Part shown: positions 9,555-19,929 of the stretch, piece after piece
How positions within the stretch are numbered: the first letter of the stretch is position 1
Layout: each line of letters begins with the position of its first letter
Assembly: GCA_964426725.1 (NCBI GenBank)
Contig: CAYRRV010000009.1
Location: 15,255-79,254, forward strand
Source of the DNA: an uncultured Bacteroidales bacterium
GTDB lineage: Bacteria > Bacteroidota > Bacteroidia > Bacteroidales > CAYRRV01
DNA length: 64,000 nt
Direction of reading: 5' to 3'
Notes under the pieces: model-generated
Database searches by the model: none
What the model was told of the DNA's origin: nothing
What the model saw: only the letters and a program-made list of their open reading frames with translations
Position numbers and translations under genes: made by a program

Positions 9555-10766
9555 GTGAGAGAGATATTTGACAATGATCATTTAAACCTTCCTGATTGGG
9601 CAGCATGGCTTATCCTGCTGACGAGGGATGATTACAGGAATCACACTAATCTGATACAAGAGTTGTTTTTTTCCATAGAGGATTATAACAGGCTTTTTTA
9701 TTTGATTCGCGCTCACCGGTTGGTTGTTCCGGTTTATTCTCACTTGAAAAAAATAAGTTGGGAAATGCCTGGGTTGTTTTTCAGAAAACTGGAAGCGGCC
9801 TACCGGAAGCAAAAGTTCACCAGTTTATCCAAAACATCTGATTTAATTCATCTTACCCGGTTATTCAGGGAAGCATCAATTCCCCTGATCGTGTTAAAGG
9901 GCCCTGCTTTATCAATGATCTTGTATGAGGAGGTTACTCACAGGGAATTCAGGGATTTGGATTTGTTGATCGGGCCAAATCACCTGAATAGGGCTTTGGA
10001 GTTATTATATAACCGGGGTTATGTTTCGGAGCTTCAGGATGTTTCAGATTTTCAATGGAAATATTACATGAGAAATTTCCAGGAAATCCTGTTAACACAC
10101 CCTGGCAGCAAAAGCCAGGTAGAATTGCACTGGCGACTATTTGGTAATTATTTATTATTCAAGGAAGATCTACCCGGGTTGATTAACAGACCTTCTTTTG
10201 TTAAAATAGGAGAGGATGCTATACCCACCCTGAATGGTACCGAACTTGCAATTTATCTTTTAGTCCATGGTTCGCTCCACATGTGGTACAGGTTATTTTG
10301 GCTAAAAGATGTATCGGTTCTTTTATCGGGATTTAAACCCGAGGAATGGGAAGAGCTTTACGCGCGGGCCAGGGAAAAGAAAATAGTTCGGCTTGTACTA
10401 TCCGGGATTCGGCTATCCGCTGAATATTATGGAGTGGATGTCCCGGGTAATATCTTTCAGTTGAGTAATGACAGTAAAACCAGGTTGTTGTGTAAAATGG
10501 TGAGAACAACTATTCACGCGGGACCTGAATGGATGCAATCCCGGGGCTGGCAAAGATTCAGAAGGTTATGGTACATGATAAACCTCAAGGATGATTTAAA
10601 TTACAAGATCCGGTGTATAAGAAGAACAGGTACTAACCCGGGCGATTGGAAAATTTTACAGCTTCCCGATAAATTATTTTTCCTGTATTTTATTCTTCGT
10701 CCTTTTACCTGGATCCTTAGCAGGAGAAAGACCATAAGAAAAGACAATAAACGGACTAAGAGATAG
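9555..10766 (+). CDS. Nucleotidyltransferase family protein (NTP_transf_5, PsmN-like)
   Basis: IVLKGPAL, REFRDLDLLI, VELHW, HGSLHMWYRLFWLKD. Confidence 0.82.
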   Translation: MREIFDNDHLNLPDWAAWLILLTRDDYRNHTNLIQELFFSIEDYNRLFYLIRAHRLVVPVYSHLKKISWEMPGLFFRKLEAAYRKQKFTSLSKTSDLIHLTRLFREASIPLIVLKGPALSMILYEEVTHREFRDLDLLIGPNHLNRALELLYNRGYVSELQDVSDFQWKYYMRNFQEILLTHPGSKSQVELHWRLFGNYLLFKEDLPGLINRPSFVKIGEDAIPTLNGTELAIYLLVHGSLHMWYRLFWLKDVSVLLSGFKPEEWEELYARAREKKIVRLVLSGIRLSAEYYGVDVPGNIFQLSNDSKTRLLCKMVRTTIHAGPEWMQSRGWQRFRRLWYMINLKDDLNYKIRCIRRTGTNPGDWKILQLPDKLFFLYFILRPFTWILSRRKTIRKDNKRTKR

Positions 10767-11367
10767 CCTCGAATTTATAATTCAGCCCGGAATAATATTC
10801 CAGTAATTCTTCGAGAACTTGTAATACTTTAGGATGCGCGTGTTTGGCGTCATGGAAAACTACAATGGATCCACCGGTTATGTGTTTTTTTACCCGGGTT
10901 AAAGTCTTTTGAATTGAAATCATTTGATTAAAGTCATATACCATTACATCCCAAAGAATGATAGTATACTGTTTGCTGAGATTTTTATATTGCGCGGGTC
11001 GCATTAACCCGTGAGGTGGGCGAAAGAGATGGCTTTTTATTGTTGATTCTGCTTTTTCGACATCTTTTATATAATGTCTGGAATTGGTCTTTAATCCGTT
11101 GAGATGAACAAAGCCATGATTTCCAATAGCATGACCTTCGCTTCGAATTCTGTCTACAATGCCGGGGTATTGCTCAACCTGAAACCCGAGGCAAAAAAAG
11201 GTAGCTTTCGCCTGGTATCGCTTAAGCACATCCAGAACTTTGGGGGTTACTTCAGGATCGGGCCCGTCATCGAAAGTGAAAAATAAAGACCCCGGTTTAT
11301 TAGGAAAACATATAATGGCTTTATTGTAAATCTTCCTGATGAACCGGGGTGTTTTGAATAAGATCAT
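10756..11367 (-). CDS. Polysaccharide deacetylase (CE4/NodB)
   Basis: TFDDGP, ATFF, GNHGFVH, FRPPHG, IVVFHD. Confidence 0.92.
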   Translation of the reverse strand: MILFKTPRFIRKIYNKAIICFPNKPGSLFFTFDDGPDPEVTPKVLDVLKRYQAKATFFCLGFQVEQYPGIVDRIRSEGHAIGNHGFVHLNGLKTNSRHYIKDVEKAESTIKSHLFRPPHGLMRPAQYKNLSKQYTIILWDVMVYDFNQMISIQKTLTRVKKHITGGSIVVFHDAKHAHPKVLQVLEELLEYYSGLNYKFEAIS

Positions 11368-11368
11368 T

Positions 11369-14300
11369 TTAGTTGTATGGCATAAGAATCATTTCCAGTT
11401 CAGACTGAATGCTGTCACTAAGCTCTTGTTGATCATACTGTTTTGTAATCCTGACAATTTCCTGTATGATGTGAACATTCAATCTTCTCTCGTAATCAGC
11501 CTCATCAGGGAATTGTTTTGCCAGCCTGAAGTAGAAATTTATTTCCTCCAGGGTAATATTTGCCAGTTTTTGGAATATTTCATTTCCTTTTTCAGGCATG
11601 TTCAGTTTATAATAAGTTTCCCCGAGGGGAAGGTTGAAATAATTATAAGGTATTCTCTCGTGGGGCATTAGTTCCATGCACTTGTCAAGAACAATTCTTG
11701 CCGAATCTGTCTTGCCTTCATCAATGAGAGCGTTCGCGAGCCGGGCAAAATTATTCCGGAAATTTGTGAGCATGCGAAGATTATTCTCATCAAGATAGAT
11801 ATCCTTACCGGATTCAATGCCTCCCCACTTAAATACATTGATCATGTTGTTGTACATGATATCCGTGTCGATAGAACCAATTTGTCCGGCCTCGGTATTG
11901 GCTTTCACGGGAACAATTTTGTAAGCGAGACCGTGGATTTGGAAATAATTTTCCAGGTTCAGGTAATTATCCCTGGCTACCGTGATGGCAAAATAAATTG
12001 GACGTTCCCAATTTGCGTGAGCAAGAAGATCGAGCACCATCATGTCGCTTTTGGTAATAAGGTTCCTGTCCAGGGAAAACTCAATTGTATTGACAATATC
12101 GTCAGCAAACTTTTCACTTACCGTGCCGGTTTGCATTATTTTCTGTGAATCAACCGGCAAAAAGAATTTTTTAGACGGCAGGTAATCTATTCTTTCCCTG
12201 TAATTGGGCATTGTTTTGGTTCTGTCATCGTCACTGGCCAGAAAATCAATGGCTTCTTTCAGGTTAACAGGCCGGTTGAAACGCTCAACGATATAGACCA
12301 CGTCGCGTGTCCCTTGCAGGTACTTATCCTTTTCGAGACTGAAGGGTAGGGGATCCGACTCGTATGCTTTTCTTTCCATTTGTTCGATATACCAGTCGGC
12401 ACCGAGATAGCTCAGGTTCACGACCCGCACATCGGTTCTGATTCCTTCCACTTCCTGTGCATACCATAAAGGGAAGGTGTCGTTATCGCCCATGGTAAAC
12501 AAGATGGCATTAGGAGCACATGAATTGAGGTAGTTATATGCAAAATCTCTTGCCGTGTATCTTCCAGACCGGTCATGATCGTCCCAGTTTTCCGCTGCCA
12601 TGATGCCGGGAACAAGGAAGGCCGCGAGCAGTGTTGAGAGAATAGGACTAACGGGTCCGGCGATGATTTTTTTGAACAGCTCGGTCAGCCACAGTACACC
12701 AATACCAATCCAGATCGCGAATGCATAAAATGAACCGGCATAGGCGTAATCACGTTCCCTTGGCTGGTATGGAGTTTGGTTCAGGTAAATAACGATGGCA
12801 ATACCGGTGAGCACGAAGAGCATGGTTACTATCGAGAAGTCTTTCTTATCTTTGGAGTATTGGTAAAAAATTCCGGCAATACCCAGCAGTAAGGGTAACA
12901 GGTAATACTTGTTTCTAGCCTTGTTGTTAGCCAGTGAATCGGGAAGATCCTCCTGTGGTCCAAGCCTGTATTCATCAATAAATTGTATGCCACTTAACCA
13001 GTTTCCATGCAGCTTATTCCCATGGCCCTGGATGTCGTTCTGGCGTCCCGCGAAATTCCACATGAAATATCGCCAGTACATGAAGCCCATCTGGTAGTTC
13101 CAGAAGAAACGCAGGTTTTCACCGAAGGTTGGTTTATTGACGGTTTCTGTTTCCCCTGCCCTGTTTTGAATTTGCATCGGTATACCTTTAACCCGTCCCC
13201 ATTCCTTGTATGCTTCCACGTGCCGGGGATCCTCGCTATACATTCGCGGGAAGATAGTCGTGAAATCCGGGTCATAAATATATTCCGGTTTTCGATTGGT
13301 TACGATGTATTTGCCGTCTTGTTGGGTGTAAGTGGGTTTGGTACGTTTTACATCAATGACCGGCGCGTTGTAATACTGTCCTTTTACAAGTGGGCGATCG
13401 CCATATTGTTCACGGTTCAGGAAGCGAAGCAATGAAAAGATGGTTTCCGGGTCATTCTGATCCATGGGCGGATCAGCCAGTGATCGTATTACAATCATGG
13501 AATATGAGGAATAGCCAATGATCATCACGGCGAAACCCAGTATAATTGTATTAAGAACAACTTTACCATGTTCAAGCGTGTATTTTATGCCGTAAATCAC
13601 GGAACCTATAAAGACGATAGCGAAAATAATTACTCCCGTTTTGTACGGTAGGTTCAGGACATTCACGAAAAACAACTCGAACCAGCTTGTAAACTTTACA
13701 ATGCCCGGGATCACGATATACATTACAGCTCCAAGAATCAGTACAGAAACCAGTAAGGCGTATATAATTCCATTCCGGGTAACTTTGTATTTTTTGAAAT
13801 AATAGACAAAAACAATGGCAGGAATGGCTAAGAGGTTCAGGAGATGCACCCCGATAGAAAGTCCCATGAGATAGGCAATGAGGATGATCCATTGCGTGCT
13901 GTGCTTTTCATCTGCCACGTTTTCCCACTTGAGAATAGCCCAGAAAACTACTGCTGTAAATAACGATGAGGTAGCGTATACTTCAGCTTCAACAGCAGAA
14001 AACCAGAAAGTGTCGGAAAAAGTATAAGCCAGTGCACCTACCAGACCTGCTCCCATGATGGAAAGAATACCGGTAGTAGTGTATTCATTGTTTTTTACAA
14101 TAATTTTACGGGCGAAATGAGTTATTGTCCAGAAAAGGAAAAGAATGGTGAAGGCACTTGCCAGTGCAGATAAGCTGTTCATGAGAGGGGCAACCTTCGT
14201 GACATCTCCCCCGGCAAAAAGGGTGAAGAACCGGCCAAGGATCATGAAAAACGGTGCTCCCGGTGGATGTCCTACTTCCAGCTTGAAGGCCGTTGATATG

Positions 14301-14416
14301 AATTCGCCACAATCCCAGAAACTAGCAGTGGGTTCAATTGTTAATAGATAAACTACAGCGGCAATCAGGAATGTAAACCATCCCGTGATACTATTAATTT
14401 TCCTGTATCTCTCCAT
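11369..14416 (-). CDS. DUF2723 GT-C membrane glycosyltransferase (TMEM260-like)
   Basis: FWDCGEFI, HPPGAP, WFSAVEAEVY, PRERDYAY, GDNDTFPLWY; many TM helices. Confidence 0.88.
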   Translation of the reverse strand: MERYRKINSITGWFTFLIAAVVYLLTIEPTASFWDCGEFISTAFKLEVGHPPGAPFFMILGRFFTLFAGGDVTKVAPLMNSLSALASAFTILFLFWTITHFARKIIVKNNEYTTTGILSIMGAGLVGALAYTFSDTFWFSAVEAEVYATSSLFTAVVFWAILKWENVADEKHSTQWIILIAYLMGLSIGVHLLNLLAIPAIVFVYYFKKYKVTRNGIIYALLVSVLILGAVMYIVIPGIVKFTSWFELFFVNVLNLPYKTGVIIFAIVFIGSVIYGIKYTLEHGKVVLNTIILGFAVMIIGYSSYSMIVIRSLADPPMDQNDPETIFSLLRFLNREQYGDRPLVKGQYYNAPVIDVKRTKPTYTQQDGKYIVTNRKPEYIYDPDFTTIFPRMYSEDPRHVEAYKEWGRVKGIPMQIQNRAGETETVNKPTFGENLRFFWNYQMGFMYWRYFMWNFAGRQNDIQGHGNKLHGNWLSGIQFIDEYRLGPQEDLPDSLANNKARNKYYLLPLLLGIAGIFYQYSKDKKDFSIVTMLFVLTGIAIVIYLNQTPYQPRERDYAYAGSFYAFAIWIGIGVLWLTELFKKIIAGPVSPILSTLLAAFLVPGIMAAENWDDHDRSGRYTARDFAYNYLNSCAPNAILFTMGDNDTFPLWYAQEVEGIRTDVRVVNLSYLGADWYIEQMERKAYESDPLPFSLEKDKYLQGTRDVVYIVERFNRPVNLKEAIDFLASDDDRTKTMPNYRERIDYLPSKKFFLPVDSQKIMQTGTVSEKFADDIVNTIEFSLDRNLITKSDMMVLDLLAHANWERPIYFAITVARDNYLNLENYFQIHGLAYKIVPVKANTEAGQIGSIDTDIMYNNMINVFKWGGIESGKDIYLDENNLRMLTNFRNNFARLANALIDEGKTDSARIVLDKCMELMPHERIPYNYFNLPLGETYYKLNMPEKGNEIFQKLANITLEEINFYFRLAKQFPDEADYERRLNVHIIQEIVRITKQYDQQELSDSIQSELEMILMPYN

Positions 14417-14491
14417 CTTTGAAAAGATTATGTTAATTTGGTACTTTTGTTGTCATCACAAAATAAGGCAAATTTTACCATATAATAAAAC

Positions 14492-15649
14492 ATGGTCAGA
14501 AAATTACCCCTAAATAAATGGTTCCAGGTGTTATTTTTAACATTTTTTAGCATCCTGGCTTTAATTTCGATCAGTAACTCCCTTTATGCCCAGGAAACGG
14601 ATCTTCTTTTTCCATACCCTGGTTCTGCTTATTCAGAAGCAGGTGATCTGTATTTAGATATTAATACAAGCGGATTTTTTCGAAACAATGAGTATTTCAA
14701 CGAAATTGTTGATGGTTACACTCTTGCAGGAACCTTCATGACACCAGCCGTAAGTTATCATCCCACTGGTGAAACAAGAATTGATGCTGGTGTTCATATG
14801 TTGTATCACCCGGGGATGAAAGGGTTTAAAAAAATCATGCCTGTTTTTTCATTTCGTTATCAATTCAGTAAAAGCGGGGAGTTGATTATCGGGAAACTGG
14901 AAGGTGCGGAAAAACACGGGCTTTTACCTCAATTACTAAACCCGGAGAGAACTTACCTGCAGGGATATGAAAATGGACTCCAGGTTCGGTTTAATGCAGG
15001 TTATTTTCATTCTGATGTATGGTTAAACTGGGAAAATTACATTTTTACGGGCGACACTACCCAGGAAGTTTTCACCCAGGGAACTTCTACAGGGGTTAAA
15101 CTTCTTGAAAACAAAAATACCCGGTTAGTGATTCCTGTACAAACCATGGCCGTTCATAGGGGAGGGCAAATTAACGAAACAAATAAAAATATCAGTACAC
15201 TTTTTAATCTTGCCACCGGTGTGGATATCGATTTTCTCACTGGAGGAGAATCCATTGAAAGTATCGGGGTTGATTTTTTATTTTTCGGATATGTGGATTT
15301 ATCCCCGGCAAAACTACAGGCCTTTGAAAATGGAACAGGAATGTATGTTGGTTTAGGTACTACCGGGGAAAGATTGGAACTCGATTTGGGCTACTGGTAT
15401 GGTAATCGATTCATTGCACCAGGAGGAGAAGAAATATACCAATCGGTTTCCTATAAAAATGCAGGACTGGTTGACCCTTATCGCGGTTTAGGCGTGATAA
15501 AGGCCTCTTATGGAATTCCTGTCGGGGAAGGATTGCAATTTGGATTATTCACGGGAGGTTTTTATGATTTATCGGGGAAGTTATTTGATTATTACTATGG
15601 TTTGCATTTGTTTTTTTCAAGACGATTTTTTCTTTTGAATTATAAGTAG
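14492..15649 (+). CDS. Hypothetical secreted / outer-membrane beta-barrel protein
   Basis: Signal peptide ending YAQ, FFRNNEYF..GYTL motif, HRGGQI, alternating aromatic strands. Confidence 0.6.
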   Translation: MVRKLPLNKWFQVLFLTFFSILALISISNSLYAQETDLLFPYPGSAYSEAGDLYLDINTSGFFRNNEYFNEIVDGYTLAGTFMTPAVSYHPTGETRIDAGVHMLYHPGMKGFKKIMPVFSFRYQFSKSGELIIGKLEGAEKHGLLPQLLNPERTYLQGYENGLQVRFNAGYFHSDVWLNWENYIFTGDTTQEVFTQGTSTGVKLLENKNTRLVIPVQTMAVHRGGQINETNKNISTLFNLATGVDIDFLTGGESIESIGVDFLFFGYVDLSPAKLQAFENGTGMYVGLGTTGERLELDLGYWYGNRFIAPGGEEIYQSVSYKNAGLVDPYRGLGVIKASYGIPVGEGLQFGLFTGGFYDLSGKLFDYYYGLHLFFSRRFFLLNYK

Positions 15650-15708
15650 CAAAAAATATTTTGAAAAATAAATTTTTATCCGTGTATTTGTGAAAAATTA
15701 AAAGGAAT

Positions 15709-16524
15709 ATGCAAGAAATTAAGGACAAGATTGAAGCTGCCTGGCAAAACCGGGATATGTTACAGCAAAATGAAACACGAAACACTATTCGCGAGGTAAT
15801 AGAATTACTGGACAAGGGTGAATTGAGAGTTGCCGAACCCGACGGGGGAAAATGGAAAGTGAATGAATGGGTCAAGAAGGCGGTTATCATGTATTTTCCT
15901 ATACAGGAAATGAAGGTAACCGAGGTTGGGCCTTTTGAATTTCATGATAAGATTTCCCTGAAAAAGAATTACAAGGAATTAGGTGTCAGGGTCGTACCTC
16001 ATGCTATTGCCCGTTATGGCGCTTATGTCTCCAAAGGAGTGATAATGATGCCTTCTTATGTAAATATTGGTGCGTACGTGGATGAAGGCACCATGGTAGA
16101 TACATGGGCTACTGTCGGTTCATGCGCTCAAATTGGCAAGAATGTTCACCTGAGCGGTGGTGTTGGAATTGGTGGGGTTTTAGAACCTGTTCAGGCTGCC
16201 CCGGTGATCATTGAAGATAATTGTTTCATTGGTTCAAGGTGTATTGTTGTAGAGGGTGTTAAGATACAAGGAGAGGCCGTTCTTGGCGCTAACGTGGTTT
16301 TAACGGGTTCTACACGGATTATTGACGTGACAGGTAATGAGCCTGTAGAATACCGGGGTGAAGTACCGGCACGTTCGGTAGTTATTCCCGGAACTTTACC
16401 TAAAGAATTTCCAGCAGGTACTTTTCAGGTACCCTGTGCTTTGATTATCGGGAAGAGAAAAGAATCAACCAATAAAAAAACGTCTTTGAATGACGCTTTG
16501 CGCGAGTACAATGTTGCTGTTTAA
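15709..16524 (+). CDS. dapD: 2,3,4,5-tetrahydropyridine-2,6-dicarboxylate N-succinyltransferase
   Basis: WKVNEWVKKAV, MPSYVNIGAYVDEGTMVDTWATVGSCAQIG, GGVLEP. Confidence 0.96.
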   Translation: MQEIKDKIEAAWQNRDMLQQNETRNTIREVIELLDKGELRVAEPDGGKWKVNEWVKKAVIMYFPIQEMKVTEVGPFEFHDKISLKKNYKELGVRVVPHAIARYGAYVSKGVIMMPSYVNIGAYVDEGTMVDTWATVGSCAQIGKNVHLSGGVGIGGVLEPVQAAPVIIEDNCFIGSRCIVVEGVKIQGEAVLGANVVLTGSTRIIDVTGNEPVEYRGEVPARSVVIPGTLPKEFPAGTFQVPCALIIGKRKESTNKKTSLNDALREYNVAV

Positions 16525-16545
16525 TATTGTTGAAGGAACTGTAAT

Positions 16546-17679
16546 ATGAAGATAGGCTTTGATGCCAAACGTGCATTTTCCAACTCGAGCGGGTTGGGGA
16601 ATTACAGTCGGGATACCATTCGGATTTTATCCACCTACTATCCTGATAATGAATACCAGCTTTATACACCCTTGATCTCAGACCGGTTCAAAAGTGACCG
16701 GTTTTTCAACACGGAAGTGATTACGCCGGGTACCTTAATTCATAAATTATTTGCATCGTACTGGCGAAGCAAGGGTATAATTAAAGATATCAGAAAACAT
16801 GGTACCAGCATTTTCCATGGTTTGAGTAACGAGTTACCTTTCGGCATTGAAAAGTCCGGCGTGAAAACTGTAGTTACCATACACGATTTGATTTTTCTCA
16901 GGCATCCCGGGTTTTACAAGCCTATTGACAGGAAAATTTATGAAAAAAAATTCAGTTACAGTACAGAAATTGCCGATAAAATTGTAGCTGTCAGTGAGCA
17001 AACCAAAAATGATATTATTGATTTCCTCGGGGTACCTGCTGAGAAAATCCTGGTTATTTACCAGGGATGTAGTCCTTTATATTATATTCGGTCTTCACCG
17101 GAAAAGCAAGCCATGATAATAAAAAAGTACAACTTGCCTGAGAAATACATACTTTCGGTGGGAACTATCGAGGAGCGAAAGAATCAATTATCAATTGTAA
17201 GAGCCCTGCATGAACATGGGATTGATTTACCACTCCTGCTGGTAGGGAATTATCCTTCAAGATATAGTGAGAAGATTAAGCAATACATCACGGAAAACAG
17301 GATGGAACAGGTATATTTTTTGAAAGATATTCCCCTGGAAGATTTGACGGTGATTTACCAGTTGGCGGATGTTTTTGTTTATCCCTCGCTGTTCGAGGGT
17401 TTTGGAATCCCGATTATCGAGGCCCTTGTATCGGGGATCCCTGTTATTACTTCAAAAGAAGGATGTTTTTCTGAAGCCGGTGGGGAAGCAGCAAGATACA
17501 TTGATCCATTGGATGTCGAGGAGATAGCTGAAACATTGAAAGATATTCTGGATGATCCGGATAAGCGTGAAAAGATGATAGCTGCAGGTATTGAGCATGC
17601 CGCCAAGTTTTCAGATAAGCAAATAGCTGGTAACATTTTCAATTTATATGTTGAACTGCAGGATGGCTGGAAAAAGTAA
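16546..17679 (+). CDS. Glycosyltransferase family 4 (GT-B)
   Basis: MKIGFDAKRAF, TIHDLIF, VGTIEERKN, YPSLFEGFGIPIIEA. Confidence 0.9.
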   Translation: MKIGFDAKRAFSNSSGLGNYSRDTIRILSTYYPDNEYQLYTPLISDRFKSDRFFNTEVITPGTLIHKLFASYWRSKGIIKDIRKHGTSIFHGLSNELPFGIEKSGVKTVVTIHDLIFLRHPGFYKPIDRKIYEKKFSYSTEIADKIVAVSEQTKNDIIDFLGVPAEKILVIYQGCSPLYYIRSSPEKQAMIIKKYNLPEKYILSVGTIEERKNQLSIVRALHEHGIDLPLLLVGNYPSRYSEKIKQYITENRMEQVYFLKDIPLEDLTVIYQLADVFVYPSLFEGFGIPIIEALVSGIPVITSKEGCFSEAGGEAARYIDPLDVEEIAETLKDILDDPDKREKMIAAGIEHAAKFSDKQIAGNIFNLYVELQDGWKK

Positions 17680-17711
17680 GCCCTTGTCCGCTATAAATTT
17701 GAACAAGGGCT
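17679..17711. terminator. Hairpin between convergent genes
   Basis: AGCCCTTGT...ACAAGGGCT inverted repeat right after the GT4 stop codon. Confidence 0.5.
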
Positions 17712-17787
17712 GGTAAATTACATCTTAACCGGTGAGCGAAACCTTTAGCCCGCGACCAAAGGAACCAATCGTTCAATTGGTAATAAA

Positions 17788-18477
17788 TCAGATATGCTGT
17801 ATTTTGCCAGAACCCGAAACCTCGGCATTAACTACTGGTTTTCCTTTATAATAGACATCTCCGCTCCCTGATATTTTTACTCCCAGTTTGCCCGTGGCGT
17901 TCACGTTGCAATCGCCTGAACCGCTGATGACTATATCCACGTTGTTGGCAGCTAATTGTCTTAAATCAATATCACCGGAACCGCTGATCGCGATGCTTAA
18001 TTTTTCAGCATTTCCCGCTTTCTCCATTTCAATGTCGCCAGAGCCGGAGATAGCTGCTTTAACAGCGGCTGCTACTAATTCAGAAATGGTAATATCGCCA
18101 CTACCGCTTATTTTCATGTGAAAATCACCTGTTTTGATTGGAGTTTCAGCAATAATATCACCCGAACCTGATATTTCCAATCCTTCTATTTCGGGAATTG
18201 TTATAAAGATGTCTACTTTACCCATGCTAGTGAAAAAATTGTTTTTTGATTTAACGCGTAATCTTTTTCCATCAACATAGGTTTCAATTTTTTCCAAATC
18301 GCTCGCGCTTCCTTCAAGGACAACTTTCCTGTTATTTCCTTGCTTTAGATACACATTGGCTGAAACGTGGAGGCTGATAATGGTAAAGTCTTCAGTTTCA
18401 CGGGTTTCTCTTTCCTGACCATAAGCTGGTGTGAGTAAGATAATCATTATGAGGACCGGGAATAATCTTGTTTTCAT
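17788..18477 (-). CDS. Head GIN domain / DUF2807 protein
   Basis: Signal peptide and repeated ISGSGDI beta-helix motifs. Confidence 0.88.
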   Translation of the reverse strand: MKTRLFPVLIMIILLTPAYGQERETRETEDFTIISLHVSANVYLKQGNNRKVVLEGSASDLEKIETYVDGKRLRVKSKNNFFTSMGKVDIFITIPEIEGLEISGSGDIIAETPIKTGDFHMKISGSGDITISELVAAAVKAAISGSGDIEMEKAGNAEKLSIAISGSGDIDLRQLAANNVDIVISGSGDCNVNATGKLGVKISGSGDVYYKGKPVVNAEVSGSGKIQHI

Positions 18478-18560
18478 AATCTTTAAAATTTTAAGGTAAA
18501 TATGTTTTATTTATTTTACCCTAAAGACTTGGATGAAAATGAAACGCTGCAGTTGAAAAT

Positions 18561-19085
18561 TTATTTATATAAATTGAGCAAACTTTTGGGGATTTTTACC
18601 AGGATTGTTTTCTCATCGTGGTTAATTTTCCGGATAAACTCATCCTGGTAAGGAATGAGCAGGGAAGTATCTTTACCCGTGATCTCAAGCAAGGGGTTGC
18701 CGGGGGTATCGATGTATTGTTTTACTTTGCCCAGTAAGCCATGTAGTGTATCCGTGACCGTGTACCCGTTTAAACCTGAATGATTTTTTCTGTTTGTTAT
18801 AAATTTTTCAAAACCCGGTTCAGAATAAACATCACATGCTGTAAGTTCGAGCAGATTAACAGGCAGGCCGGTATCTTCCAGTTTAATGATAGCAGTATGA
18901 TCATCGGTGAGTCGAATCTCTTCCATGAAAAAAGGAACTAATCCCCCTTCTATATCAGCAAAGATCAGTTCCTCTTCTAAAAATTCATCCGGTAAAAAAT
19001 AGTCAGATTGAAGGATTATTTCACCTTTTATCCCATGCAATTTTTTTATATTGCCGATCCGGAAAAAATCATTCCTGTTAAGCAT
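18561..19085 (-). CDS. rimM: Ribosome maturation factor RimM
   Basis: IGNIKKLHGIKGE, GGLVPFF, LLIPY..EFI; directly downstream of rpsP. Confidence 0.92.
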   Translation of the reverse strand: MLNRNDFFRIGNIKKLHGIKGEIILQSDYFLPDEFLEEELIFADIEGGLVPFFMEEIRLTDDHTAIIKLEDTGLPVNLLELTACDVYSEPGFEKFITNRKNHSGLNGYTVTDTLHGLLGKVKQYIDTPGNPLLEITGKDTSLLIPYQDEFIRKINHDEKTILVKIPKSLLNLYK

Positions 19086-19113
19086 AAACAGGTGAAATAA
19101 TCGTACTTATTTT

Positions 19114-19785
19114 TTACTCGCTTTTTTCTTCTTTCTCACTGGATTCCTGTTTCTCTTCTTTTGGTTCTTCAGGAGTTTCTTCAGCTTCAGCCTTGGGTTC
19201 TTCTTTTTTCTCTTCTGCAACAGGTGTTTCTTCAGTTGCAGGTTCTGCTGTTACTTCTTCTTTCCCGGCTTTAGCTTCAGTCTCTTCAGTGGCTGGTGCT
19301 TCTTCTTTTTGTTCAGCGGCATTAACCTCGGCATTTCTTTTGGCCAGTTCCTGTGCTCTTGCTTCATTTATCCTGGCTTCTTCTTCAAGACGCTTTTGGC
19401 GTTCAGCTTTTTTCGATTGTTCAATATTTTCAACCTTGGATTGAATTCTGGATTCTTTATCTTTCATCCAGGTTTGAAAACGTGTTTCTGCTTCTTCTTC
19501 AGAGAAAGCACCTTTTTTAATCCCATTTAATAAATGATTTTTCATGAGAACTCCCTTGTAAGAGAGGATAGCCCTACAGGTATCAGTAGGTTGAGCGCCT
19601 TTTTGCAACCAGTCCAATGCACTATCAAAGTTCAATTCAATAGTAGCAGGATTTGTTGTGGGATTGTAAATTCCCAGTTTTTCAATGAATCTACCATCTC
19701 GTGGCGCCCTGCTATCAGCTATCACAATGTGATAGAAAGGATTCTTTTTTCTTCCTTGTCTTTTTAATCTGATTTTTACAGGCAT
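19114..19785 (-). CDS. rpsP: 30S ribosomal protein S16 with long acidic C-terminal extension
   Basis: [38 protein letters not shown]; start set at ATG 19785. Confidence 0.97.
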   Translation of the reverse strand: MPVKIRLKRQGRKKNPFYHIVIADSRAPRDGRFIEKLGIYNPTTNPATIELNFDSALDWLQKGAQPTDTCRAILSYKGVLMKNHLLNGIKKGAFSEEEAETRFQTWMKDKESRIQSKVENIEQSKKAERQKRLEEEARINEARAQELAKRNAEVNAAEQKEEAPATEETEAKAGKEEVTAEPATEETPVAEEKKEEPKAEAEETPEEPKEEKQESSEKEEKSE

Positions 19786-19831
19786 ACTCAATTAAAATTA
19801 ATAAATTAGACCTACTTATTTAAAATGGCTG

Positions 19832-19839
19832 CAAAGATA
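19832..19839 (-). promoter_or_regulatory. Bacteroidota -7 promoter element (TATCTTTG) for rpsP-rimM
   Basis: GTATCTTTGCAGCC on the minus strand about 47 nt upstream of rpsP. Confidence 0.7.
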
Positions 19840-19929
19840 CACTTTTATTTTCAAGATTAAAGAAAAACGCGTGTTTATTTTAAACGGGAATTTCTTCTGG
19901 TTCACCGAGGCATTCAGGATAAAAATAAT

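Noticed and set aside
19114-19450. Low-complexity E/K/A/P-rich repeats at the 3' end of rpsP
   Set aside because: Long acidic S16 tails are usual in Bacteroidota; this is not a separate repeat element.
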